Counted from the stretch's first letter, positions 35,801-44,065 are shown. The stretch is DNA of 64,000 bases from Chloroflexota bacterium (GCA_016179765.1 JACPCL010000036.1:13916-77915), one strand, 5' to 3'. A program made the numbers and translations. The notes: generated by a model from the sequence alone, not told the origin.

Positions 35801-36994
35801 CTACCCCACCACCCACCCGTACCCTATCCCTAGCGCGCCTCCTCCCGCCACCAGCCACGCCGAGTTGAGGCGCGTGCGGAACACAAGTACCGTCGCTACC
35901 AAGGCCAGCACGATAGTGAAGGGGTCTATGATGGAGGCGCGGCCAAGCTGCAAGGCCACGCCCCCCATGAGGGCCAGGGACGCCACATTCACGCCGTCCA
36001 GGGCAGCGGCGGCCAGAGGCGAACGCCGCACCAGGGGCAGGATGCGGCTCAGGAGCGCAACGAAGACAAAGGCCGGCAGAAAGATGCCCACCGTCGCCAG
36101 GAGAGCCGCCGGCAGCCCGCCCACCACGTACCCCACAAAGGTAGCGGTGGTCAGCACCGGCCCCGGGGTGAACTGGCCGATGGCTATGGCGTCCAGAAGC
36201 TGCTGGTCCGTCAGCCAGCCCAAGCGGTCCACGAAGTCGCCGCGCAGGAAGGCCAGCAATACGTACCCGCTGCCATACAGCACGGAGCCGATCTTGAGGA
36301 AGTTCAGGAAGAGCGTCAGCAGGCTATACGGGGCCGCACCGGCGGGCAGCGTTCCCAGGGAGAGGCTGCCTAGCGGAAGCAGCGCAAGGCCCGCCACGCC
36401 CTTCTTGGCCAGACGTTTGCCACCGTAGACCAGCGCCATGACGATGCCGCCTGCGAAGACCAGTAGCACCTCGTTGACGCCCAGTAGGTAGAGGACCAGC
36501 GCCGCAACGCCGGCGGCTGCCAGCACAGGGCCTTTCACGGCGCGCCGTCCCAAGGCCCACAACGCCTGCACTACAACGGCGATAATGACGGGTTTGATGC
36601 CGTACAGGAGCCACTCGGCCTGGGGCGTGCCCCCGTAGCGTACGTAGGCCATGGCCACGGCCAGGACAATGAGCACGGCGGGGGTGATGAACAGCGCGCC
36701 CCCAAGGATGAGGCCCGGCCATCCGGCGCGACGCTTACCCAGGTGAATGGCCATCTCCGTGGAGTTGGGGCCGGGGATAAGGTTGGTGGCCCCGACCATA
36801 TCCAAGAAGTCCTGGTCATCCAGCCATTTGCGGCGGCGCACCACCTCGTCCCGCATCATGGCGATGTGGGCTGCCGGGCCCCCAAAGCCAATGACGCCTA
36901 GCTTCAGGAACAGCCAGGCAACCTCTCTCAAACGCCCCGGGGTTCCTGTGGCGATTGTGGGCCTCCTGAGGTATGTGCCGTAGGGGCGCAGCAC
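35801..36994 (-). CDS. chrA: chromate transporter ChrA
   Basis: Two CHR halves (FLKLGVIGFGGPAAHIAMM.., FLKIGSVLYGSGYVLLAFL..). The annotated GTG start lies inside a Rep-C palindrome, so the start is uncertain. Confidence 0.85.
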   Translation of the reverse strand: MLRPYGTYLRRPTIATGTPGRLREVAWLFLKLGVIGFGGPAAHIAMMRDEVVRRRKWLDDQDFLDMVGATNLIPGPNSTEMAIHLGKRRAGWPGLILGGALFITPAVLIVLAVAMAYVRYGGTPQAEWLLYGIKPVIIAVVVQALWALGRRAVKGPVLAAAGVAALVLYLLGVNEVLLVFAGGIVMALVYGGKRLAKKGVAGLALLPLGSLSLGTLPAGAAPYSLLTLFLNFLKIGSVLYGSGYVLLAFLRGDFVDRLGWLTDQQLLDAIAIGQFTPGPVLTTATFVGYVVGGLPAALLATVGIFLPAFVFVALLSRILPLVRRSPLAAAALDGVNVASLALMGGVALQLGRASIIDPFTIVLALVATVLVFRTRLNSAWLVAGGGALGIGYGWVVG

Positions 36995-37010
36995 GCTGCG
37001 CCCCTACGGC
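36977..37010. repeat. Rep-C palindrome
   Basis: GCCGTAGGGGCGCAGC-ac-GCTGCGCCCCTACGGC, directly downstream of the peroxiredoxin stop. Confidence 0.75.
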
Positions 37011-37014
37011 ATTA

Positions 37015-37482
37015 TTATTTCCCGGCCAGCTTCTTGATAGCCTCCAAGGACTCCGTGGCGTGCTGCTCGGTGTTAGGCCGGTCATCCACAACGTGGCGGA
37101 TGATTCCCGACTTGTCAATGACAAAGGTGACACGGCGGTCGGAAAGGCGCTCCTCATTGAAGACGCCAAAGGCCTTGGCCGCGGCGAAGGTGGGGAAGTC
37201 GGCCACCACGGGGAAGGTCACGCCGCAGTGGTCAGCGAAGGCCTTCTGGGGAGGGGCGGCATCGGTGCTGGAACCCAGAACCTGGGTTTCTAGCTGCTGA
37301 AACTCCGAGAGCAAGCTCTGGAACTTTCGCAGCTCCCGCTCTCAGCCCCCTGTGAAAGCTCTGGCATAAAAGGCGACGACCACGTTCTGCTTGCCCTTGA
37401 AATCCGTGAGCTTGTACTCCTTGCGGTCAGCGCCGGTGAAGCTGACGTCGGGCACTGGGTCTCCGACCTGTAGCGGTGGCAT
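37015..37482 (-). CDS. Bcp/AhpC-TSA-type peroxiredoxin with in-frame TGA (candidate selenocysteine) at the peroxidatic position
   Basis: ATG 37482 after GGGAGG. One 155-codon frame: [49 protein letters not shown](37344..37342)-ERELRKFQSLLSEFQQLETQVLGSSTD...VTFVIDKSGIIRHVV...KLAGK. A hairpin starts at the UGA. Confidence 0.7.
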
Positions 37483-37532
37483 AGGAACCTCCCTTTGTTA
37501 AGAGCTGCGGGGACACGAAAATGGTGTGGCCT

Positions 37533-37561
37533 ATTATCGCAACGAACCTTGAGCAAGGCAA
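37533..37561 (-). promoter_or_regulatory. candidate peroxiredoxin promoter TTGCCT-17-GATAAT
   Basis: On the minus strand, TTGCCT (37561..37556), 17-nt spacer, GATAAT (37538..37533). Confidence 0.5.
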
Positions 37562-37565
37562 CAGG

Positions 37566-37600
37566 TGTGTAGGGGCGAGGCGGCGATGCGCCCCTACACA
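37566..37600. repeat. Rep-C palindrome
   Basis: TGTGTAGGGGCG...CGCCCCTACACA, 12-bp stem. Confidence 0.7.
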
Positions 37601-37606
37601 TTTCGC

Positions 37607-38910
37607 CTAGGGGAAGTCTGCGTCTGTGCTCGGTCTGGGGGTCGGCCTTGGCAGGGCGGCGCGCACCGCTTCGGCCAGGGTGCGGACGCCCGTGGCCTCA
37701 ATCGACACGCTGCCCGCATCGTCTCGCTGCGACGCTGGGATGACGGCGCGCTGGAAACCCAGGCGTGCGGCCTCGGAGAGGCGGCGGCCAAGCTGGGGGA
37801 CGCCGCGGACCTCGCCGCCCAGGCCAACCTCGCCAATGGCGACGGTCCAGGGGTCAATGGGGGCGTTGCGGAAGCTGGAGGCTAATGCCAGGGCCATGCC
37901 CAGATGAGGAGGAGGCGTCCGAAATCCACGCCCGTGCCCGTGCGCCGGGGCTGCGGGAAGACGGTGTGGGTGGTCAGGGCCTGCACCTCGGCCAGCAGGG
38001 GGCGCGTCCCCTCCATGGACACGACGACCACGGAGCCAGCGACGCCCTGCCGGTCATGGGAGAGGAAGAGGAGGGATGGCTCGGGCACCTCTTCCAGGCC
38101 TGCGCCGCCCATCTGAAAGACGCCGACCTCGTTGGTGGAGCCGAAGCGGTTCTTGACGCCGCGCAGGATGCGGTAAGGGGTGAGGGTATCGCCTTCCAGG
38201 GAGAGCACCACGTCCACCATGTGCTCCAGCGTGCGTGGGCCGGCGATGGTCCCGTCCTTGGTGACGTGGCCCGCCAGCAGGATGGGGACGCCGGTAGCCT
38301 TTGCCCACGCCGTCAGGCGGCGGGTGCACTCGCGCACCTGGGCAATGCTGCCCATGGCCGAGGGGGTGTCCTGGGAGTAGATGGTCTGGACGGAATCCAC
38401 GACGGCGAGGCTAGGCTTGAGCCGGTCCAGGTGAGCCAGAAGGACCTCCACTTCCGTCTCGCTGAGGAAAAAGATACCCTGGCCGGGGACGCCCAGGCGC
38501 TTGGCGCGCAGCTTGACCTGGTGGGCGGACTCCTCGCCGGAGGCGTAGAGGACGCGCAGGCCGGCGGCGGCCAGACGGGCGGAGGCCTGAAGAAGGAGGG
38601 TGGACTTGCCGATGCCGGGGTCGCCGGCCATGAGGACCATGGCGCCCGGGACGATGCCGCCGCCCAGGACGCGGTCCAGCTCGGCGAAGGCGGTGGGAAT
38701 GCGGGGCGAGGCGTCGGTGGAGATGGCGGAGAGCTCCTGGACGGCTGCGCCATCGCCATCTAACCACGGGGCCTTGCCTGCGGGACGGCTGGGCGCTTGG
38801 GCGGCGGCCATGGTGTTCCACTGGCCGCAGGCGGGGCACTGGCCGGTCCACTTGGGAGCTTGGGCGCCGCACTCCTGGCAGGCGTAGATGGTCTTGGTAC
38901 GCTTGTTCAC
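37607..38910 (-). pseudogene. radA: DNA repair protein RadA with internal deletion and frameshift in the Lon-like domain
   Basis: Zn ribbon CQECGAQAPKWTGQCPACGQW, Walker A GDPGIGKSTLLLQ, KNRFGSTNEVGVFQM. ORF 1 ends ..GVDFGRLLLI-WAWPWH-stop. ORF 2 (37607..37897) resumes LGMALALASSFRNAPI..FGEVGLGGEVR in another frame. Confidence 0.8.
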
Positions 38911-38923
38911 CTCACCCCCCGGC

Positions 38924-38948
38924 CCCCTCCCCTGAAGTGGGAGGGGGA
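38924..38948. repeat. Rep-A-like mini hairpin
   Basis: CCCCCTCCCCTGAAGTGGGAGGGGG. Confidence 0.5.
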
Positions 38949-39221
38949 GCTAAGGATTTTCTGCTACGGCGGGGCCATTGTAGCGCATTTGGGCGCTGTG
39001 TTTGATTGTTTGCCCGCCGACTGATTGTATTTCCCCCGCTTTTTCTGTGGCAGCTTTGGACGGGGGGAAGGCCAAATTGGAAGGCTCTGTTTGACCTTCT
39101 TGACCTTCCCCTGAGTCTCTCCTTCGGCTGGAACGGGACAGGCGGGAGGGCAGTGGCTATACTACGGGCTATCACACAAAGATGGTAGGAGTTGGGGGCG
39201 GGATAGGGCAAGAGGGATGTG

Positions 39222-39263
39222 ACCTAACCCCTGTCCCCTTCCCTCATAGGGAAGGGGCAAGAG
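39222..39263. repeat. Rep-A palindromic repeat (inverted orientation)
   Basis: ACCTAACCCCTGTCCCCTTCCCTCATAGGGAAGGGGCAAGAG. Confidence 0.75.
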
Positions 39264-39382
39264 GCCGGAGCAGGCGATGCAGGACAGGAAAGAGCAGGCG
39301 AGGGCAGAGGTGGGGCGAGAGCATCGCAGGCCTTCGCCGATGCCAGTCGTTCAGCGGCAGGCAACTAATGGCGGGCAAAGAG

Positions 39383-40288
39383 TCAGATGGTGTTAGACTG
39401 GCGGCGATTTGCTGGAGCCAGTTGTGGCCCTCTGTAGTTCTCCAGGAACGCCAGGGTATCTTCCTTGGTGGCAAACTTACCCGTGATTTCGTCTTCGTTG
39501 TTGTAGACGATTGAAATCTCGAGACGGACAAGGTGACCATGCACCATGAAATCATCGTAGCTCTTGATGAAAACGATAGCTTCATCCGCCGACTTCCAAG
39601 AAGAAGACACTCCGTGCAGGGGGAGCACTCTAATTGAAGCCACGTAGCGAGTAACGCTGCTTTCAAGGTTTATCATGAAAGCCCGGACTTCTTCATTGTG
39701 GGATTCAAGTAACGCGTTTGCCACCCGGCTACGTTGCCTCGCCGCCAGCCGTTCCCAAGCGGAAACCTTACGCTGGACCTCCGAATCTGGCGTGTCTTCA
39801 TCAAAAGAGGCGTCTATCCTGACTTCCTTGAATGCACTGAGCAGAGAGTCATAAGGGAAATAAAGAACCCGGAACTTTTGGGACTCAAGCTGTCTCAGAG
39901 CGCCTTCAGTGAATACTCCCGCAAGGATCGTACCCAGAAAGGGAGCTGAGCTTTGGTGGGTAGCAGCTAGAGGAAGAATTGCTCCCTGTATTTCCTGCGC
40001 TTTGTTCCGCGAATGCTTGGTGTAACGCCTCCATGCTGTTTCAATGAACGCAACTGGAATGCCTATTTCGGTGGCAGAGCCTCCCCTTTCTAGAACATAG
40101 TCAAGATCATGAATGTTCCCATATGAATCTGTCCAACTCACCTTCCGACCCTTACGTGCAGGTCGGGGTCCTTTCTTGTCCAAAAAGAGGGAGTGTTGCC
40201 GCGCAAAATCAGCCAGAATAGGTTCAATAGCTGTTTCCAACACATCCCCAATGATTTGGCCAAACCTGTGCGCGGGCGATTGCGCCAT
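39383..40288 (-). CDS. probable type II restriction endonuclease (partner of adjacent methyltransferase)
   Basis: 301-aa ORF starting 3 nt after the methyltransferase stop. Lower-GC islet. Possible PD-(D/E)xK-like core around HDLDYVLE...VAFIETAWRRYTKH. Family not recognised. Confidence 0.45.
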   Translation of the reverse strand: MAQSPAHRFGQIIGDVLETAIEPILADFARQHSLFLDKKGPRPARKGRKVSWTDSYGNIHDLDYVLERGGSATEIGIPVAFIETAWRRYTKHSRNKAQEIQGAILPLAATHQSSAPFLGTILAGVFTEGALRQLESQKFRVLYFPYDSLLSAFKEVRIDASFDEDTPDSEVQRKVSAWERLAARQRSRVANALLESHNEEVRAFMINLESSVTRYVASIRVLPLHGVSSSWKSADEAIVFIKSYDDFMVHGHLVRLEISIVYNNEDEITGKFATKEDTLAFLENYRGPQLAPANRRQSNTI

Positions 40289-40291
40289 GAC

Positions 40292-41572
40292 TTAACCCTC
40301 GACCCACAGGCAGCCTTCTTGCAACGGCACTCGGTGCTTGCGATTCTTCCACTTGGTGTTCCTGTCCCTGAGTTTCTCAAAACGGTAAGCCTTAAAGCCC
40401 ACACAAACAGCTAGTTGCCCCATCCACTCTTCAACAGGTACGTGTACTCCGTAGGGGGCAGAGTCTCCCACAACAAAGCATACGGCCGCGTTTTTCCGGC
40501 AAACGCGCCTCAGCGCTTGCCAGACATGGAGCATATCAGCGAAATACGCGGCGATCAGAACATCATACTGCTTCTTGCCCCCGTGGTTGCTCCGTTCTTC
40601 GGCGAGCTGTCCGCAAACAGTTCGAATAGCGCCTTCGAACGGGATTCCATTGAGTTGCGTTAGCATGTCTTCAATTGCGGTTTTCTCAGTAGAGACATGT
40701 TGAGAACAGGACCGTACAAGCCCTTTCCTAGCTTTCTCGTGGAGGTCACCCCAGTCAAGAACTTCACCGAGAAAGGTCATCTCGAGCCTGGTGGCATCAG
40801 CGTAATCATAATTGTTCGCATACGGGGGAGAGGTAACAACCAATCCAACCGATTGGTCTTCAATACCTTCACAAGTTCTAGCGTCCGAGAGGCGGATTTG
40901 CGCACTCGGTTCAGCAACCTGGAGTTGTCGGATACGCATGTCCATGATCATTCTGTTTACCTGAGAGGCGAAGGCATCGTAAGGGCGAGCAACTATAGCT
41001 TTCTCTTGACTAGGTAAGACGTATTGCCAAGGCGCCGTGCCGACGTGAGAGCAGGAACGAAGAATACTCACCAAACAAAGCCAGGCCAATTCCGAAACAG
41101 CGCTATAATCCGCGAGCCGTTCCCACGCCGCCTTTAGAGAGTAAAGATCTCTGATAGCATGCTCTGAGTAACACTTCTCTATGAGACGTGGATACTTGGG
41201 TTCGTGTGCTGGCTCGCGTTTTGCGGCGGTAAGAACACGCTCCGCAAAGTCGGCAAACTCTTCTACCCTCTCGTACCAATTCAGCTTTGCCTTAGCTACC
41301 CGGAGAATGAAGGGTTGTGCCTCTAGCCCTAGGGACCGAACCCCTGCTTCTTCAGCAGCAAGAACTGCCGTTCCTACGCCTGAAAACGGGTCAAGGAATG
41401 TTCCACCATTCAATTCGCCACGATGATCGTGGACAACTGTTCTAACCCATTCAGCAGAGAACCCCGCAGGGAACCTAAACCAACCATGTACAGGTAGCGC
41501 CACATTTCGGATGAAAGTAGATGTCCCGTTCCTTGTGGTGGGATAACTGGCGGCTTGCGTCAAAGCAGGCAT
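40292..41572 (-). CDS. DNA amino-methyltransferase (N4-C or N6-A), SPPY type
   Basis: Motif I-like FLDPFSGVGTAVLAAEEAG (aa 59-77) precedes motif IV VVTSPPYANNYDY (aa 245-257). Followed by YFADMLHVWQALRRVCRKNAAVCFVVGDS. Confidence 0.8.
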   Translation of the reverse strand: MPALTQAASYPTTRNGTSTFIRNVALPVHGWFRFPAGFSAEWVRTVVHDHRGELNGGTFLDPFSGVGTAVLAAEEAGVRSLGLEAQPFILRVAKAKLNWYERVEEFADFAERVLTAAKREPAHEPKYPRLIEKCYSEHAIRDLYSLKAAWERLADYSAVSELAWLCLVSILRSCSHVGTAPWQYVLPSQEKAIVARPYDAFASQVNRMIMDMRIRQLQVAEPSAQIRLSDARTCEGIEDQSVGLVVTSPPYANNYDYADATRLEMTFLGEVLDWGDLHEKARKGLVRSCSQHVSTEKTAIEDMLTQLNGIPFEGAIRTVCGQLAEERSNHGGKKQYDVLIAAYFADMLHVWQALRRVCRKNAAVCFVVGDSAPYGVHVPVEEWMGQLAVCVGFKAYRFEKLRDRNTKWKNRKHRVPLQEGCLWVEG

Positions 41573-41705
41573 GGGCCACCTCTGGTAGACTATGCGCTTG
41601 ATACTAGCATAACTGTTCTTGTCGCTTCAACTGGGTTTTGCGGGATAATCGAGTGTTTTAGAGTTCGTTGCTCCGCGAACCTAACAGGAATCAGTATTGC
41701 AGCTA

Positions 41706-41813
41706 ATGGCGGCAGACCGGCGGATAAATAGGCGGGTGTACGAGGTGTACGGTCTTACTACTGCGGAACGGCGGCTGGTGGGGGGGACGCAGGTTGTCCG
41801 AAGGCCCCTGTAG
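41706..41813 (+). pseudogene. remnant resembling the C-terminal tail of type IIG/Eco57I-like R-M enzymes
   Basis: 35-codon ORF MAADRRINRRVYEVYGLTTAERRLVGG... recalls the ...IDRLVYELYGLTEEEIxIVEG tail. No upstream body is present. Confidence 0.3.
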
Positions 41814-41842
41814 GGGCGCAGCATGCTGCGCCCCTACAGGGG
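41805..41842. repeat. Rep-C palindrome (perfect)
   Basis: CCCCTGTAGGGGCGCAGCATGCTGCGCCCCTACAGGGG. Confidence 0.8.
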
Positions 41843-41845
41843 TTT

Positions 41846-41930
41846 CACCCTTACCCCTTTGCCCTGATGAATCGGGTACTCAGGGCAAGCTCCGTATCCT
41901 TCCCTGTCAAGGGGGAAGGAGGATTTGGTC
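41846..41930. repeat. Rep-A composite repeat
   Basis: TTGCCCTGA...TCAGGGCAA hairpin plus CCTTCCCTGTCAAGGGGGAAGGAGGATTTGGTCA. Abuts the nfo stop codon. Confidence 0.7.
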
Positions 41931-42780
41931 ACACCTCTGCCTGCTGGCGTAGCTCTTTGAGGATGTCCACGTTGCGCTTGTCGGGGCCTTTGTTCTCAAA
42001 GCCAGGGACCTCCAGGAGGAGGGGGAGGTCGCGGAAGGCGGGGTGGGAGAGGATGTTCAGGAAACCCTCTCGTCCAATGTGGCCCTCGCCGATGTTCTCA
42101 TGGCGGTCCACGCCGGAGGCAAGGGCCTGCTTGGAGTCGTTGGCATGGACGGCGGCCAGGTTGGCCAGGCCGATCTCGCGGTCAAACTCCCGCATGGCGG
42201 CGTCCAGGCCATCCCGGGCGGCCACGTTGTAACCGGCGGCGAAGCAGTGCTGGGTGTCCAGGCACACCTTCATGCGGGGATCGTCCACGGCGCGCAGGAT
42301 GCGGCCCATCTCCTCAAACCTGGAGCCGATGTGGTTGCCCATGCCGGCGCTGTTCTCCAGGCAGAGGAGCACATCCTGGGGCGAGCGTTCCAGCACCGCC
42401 TTGAGGGAGTCCACGACCTGGCGAAAGATGCCGTCGTAGCCTGCGCCGCGATGGCTACCGCCGTGGAAGACGACGCCTGCGCCGCCCATGGCGGAGGCGA
42501 CGCCCATGTAGTTGACCAGGGAGTCCATGCTCTTCTGGAGGTTCTCCGGCGTGGGCGCGCTGAGGTTCACTAGATAGATGGCGTGGAGGAAGGCGGGGCC
42601 GATGCCGGCCTCCTGGGCGCGCTGGCGGAAGGCGGAGGTCTGGGCCTCCGGCACGGGCTTGAAGGCCCACCCCTGGGGGGAGGAGCAGAAGAATTGCACG
42701 GCCTCGGCCCCGATCTCCAGGGCGCGGTCTATGGCTTTGGGTAGGCCGCCTGCGGTGGACACGTGGGCGCCGATGCGCAT
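41929..42780 (-). CDS. nfo: deoxyribonuclease IV (endonuclease IV)
   Basis: ATG 42780 after GAAAGGAGG. MRIGAHVSTAGGL, HAIYLVNL, CLDTQHCFAAGY and HANDSK motifs. Confidence 0.9.
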   Translation of the reverse strand: MRIGAHVSTAGGLPKAIDRALEIGAEAVQFFCSSPQGWAFKPVPEAQTSAFRQRAQEAGIGPAFLHAIYLVNLSAPTPENLQKSMDSLVNYMGVASAMGGAGVVFHGGSHRGAGYDGIFRQVVDSLKAVLERSPQDVLLCLENSAGMGNHIGSRFEEMGRILRAVDDPRMKVCLDTQHCFAAGYNVAARDGLDAAMREFDREIGLANLAAVHANDSKQALASGVDRHENIGEGHIGREGFLNILSHPAFRDLPLLLEVPGFENKGPDKRNVDILKELRQQAEV

Positions 42781-42860
42781 GATGGGCCTCCTTTCTATGG
42801 GTAGAACGCACCAATTATCCAGGGGCAAAGGCCAAGCTGTCAAAGGAGTATACTGGGGAC

Positions 42861-42905
42861 GCAAACCCCTCTCTTATCAAGGGAAGGGGGTTTGGAAGGG
42901 GTTCC
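42861..42905. repeat. Rep-A palindromic repeat
   Basis: GCAAACCCCTCTCTTATCAAGGGAAGGGGGTTTGGAAGGGGTTCC. Confidence 0.65.
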
Positions 42906-42934
42906 ACGAGCGGGAGCAAGAGAGGGAGACAGCT

Positions 42935-43774
42935 ATGGCAGGCTTGTGGCCTGGGAGGACACGGTGCGTGGTCATGCTCACCTTTGACGTGGATGGGGTT
43001 TCCGCCGTTCTGCGTCGCAACCCGGAGATGGCGGACCACCCAAGCCTCATGTCAATGTACGAGTTTGGCCCATCGGTGGGCGTCTTTCGCATTATGGACC
43101 TGCTGGAGGAGTACCGCATCAAGGCCAGCTTTTTCATCCCAGGCTACGTGGCGGAGACCCACGTGGGCATGGTGAAGGAGGTGCAGCGCCGCGGCCACGA
43201 GATTGGAAATCACGGCTACCTGCACGAGCCGCCCTCCTCCCTGGGGCCCCAGGAGGAGGAGGGGGCCATCCTGGACCGGGGCAGCCGCATCCTTCAGGGC
43301 ATCACGGGGGAGCGGCCTCTGGGCTATCGCTCCCCCTCCTGGGAGCTGAGCGGCAGGTCGTTGGACCTGCTGGCGGAACGGGGCTTCGCCTACGATTCCA
43401 GCCTGATGGGGAACGATATCCCCTACTTCGTGGAAGCGTCCAACGGCAAGCGGCTGGTGGAGTTGCCCGTCCACTGGGCCCAGGACGACGTGCCGTACTA
43501 CGCCTTCGCACCGGTAACCGGGCGCACCGCGCCTCCAGCGAGCCCCGCGGATGTGCTGAACGCCTGGCAGTGGGAGTTTGACGGCGCTTACCGATACGGG
43601 CGGGCCTTCATGCTCACGATGCACCCCCACACCAGTGGACGCCTGGCCCGTATCATGGCCCTTGAGAAGCTCATCCTGCACATGAGGTCCCAACCTGGTG
43701 TGGAGTTCATGCGGTGCATAGACGTGGCCCAGGGCTGGACGGAGCAGGGGTTGAAGCTGAGGAGGGGGCGGTAG
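42935..43774 (+). CDS. polysaccharide deacetylase family protein (NodB homology)
   Basis: ATG 42935 inside track ORF 42578..43774. VMLTFDVDG, FFIPGYVAETH and EIGNHGYLHE motifs. Confidence 0.8.
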   Translation: MAGLWPGRTRCVVMLTFDVDGVSAVLRRNPEMADHPSLMSMYEFGPSVGVFRIMDLLEEYRIKASFFIPGYVAETHVGMVKEVQRRGHEIGNHGYLHEPPSSLGPQEEEGAILDRGSRILQGITGERPLGYRSPSWELSGRSLDLLAERGFAYDSSLMGNDIPYFVEASNGKRLVELPVHWAQDDVPYYAFAPVTGRTAPPASPADVLNAWQWEFDGAYRYGRAFMLTMHPHTSGRLARIMALEKLILHMRSQPGVEFMRCIDVAQGWTEQGLKLRRGR

Positions 43775-43786
43775 TAGAAAGGAGGT

Positions 43787-43842
43787 GAGTAGGGGCGCAA
43801 GGACCTTCGGCAGGCTCAGGGCAGGCTCTTGCACCCCTACTC
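43787..43842. repeat. Rep-C long-loop variant
   Basis: GAGTAGGGGCGCAAG...CTTGCACCCCTACTC with one mismatch. Confidence 0.65.
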
Positions 43843-43992
43843 CTGGCAGCAGCGGGCCAGGGATGCCCTGGCAAGAAGCGGGTCGGCCTGCCTGGCGGGA
43901 TAGCATTCAGAGGGGCCGTCGGCTGAATAGGTGGTGGTGTAACCTGCCTGAGGTCAAAAGTCCAGGCATAGTCGGCGAAGGGTAGTTTTGGA

Positions 43993-44021
43993 TTGCCACC
44001 TTAGGCTGAATGTGGTATACT
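43993..44021 (+). promoter_or_regulatory. nusA operon promoter TTGCCA-17-TATACT with TGn extension
   Basis: TTGCCA at 43993-43998, 17-nt spacer with TG at 44013-44014, TATACT at 44016-44021. Confidence 0.55.
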
Positions 44022-44065
44022 TGCTTACGGACTCTGGGAGTCTGTCTAAATGCATGGCTTGGAGG

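Noticed and set aside
37290-37601. 103-aa minus-strand ORF overlapping the 5' half of the peroxiredoxin
   Set aside because: It is in a different frame from the peroxiredoxin, has no motifs, and begins in a Rep-C palindrome. The peroxiredoxin frame with the TGA explains the region better.
37765-38763. 332-aa ORF on the plus strand, plus other overlapping frames
   Set aside because: Antisense to radA. Gly/Ala/Arg/Asp-rich shadow frame.
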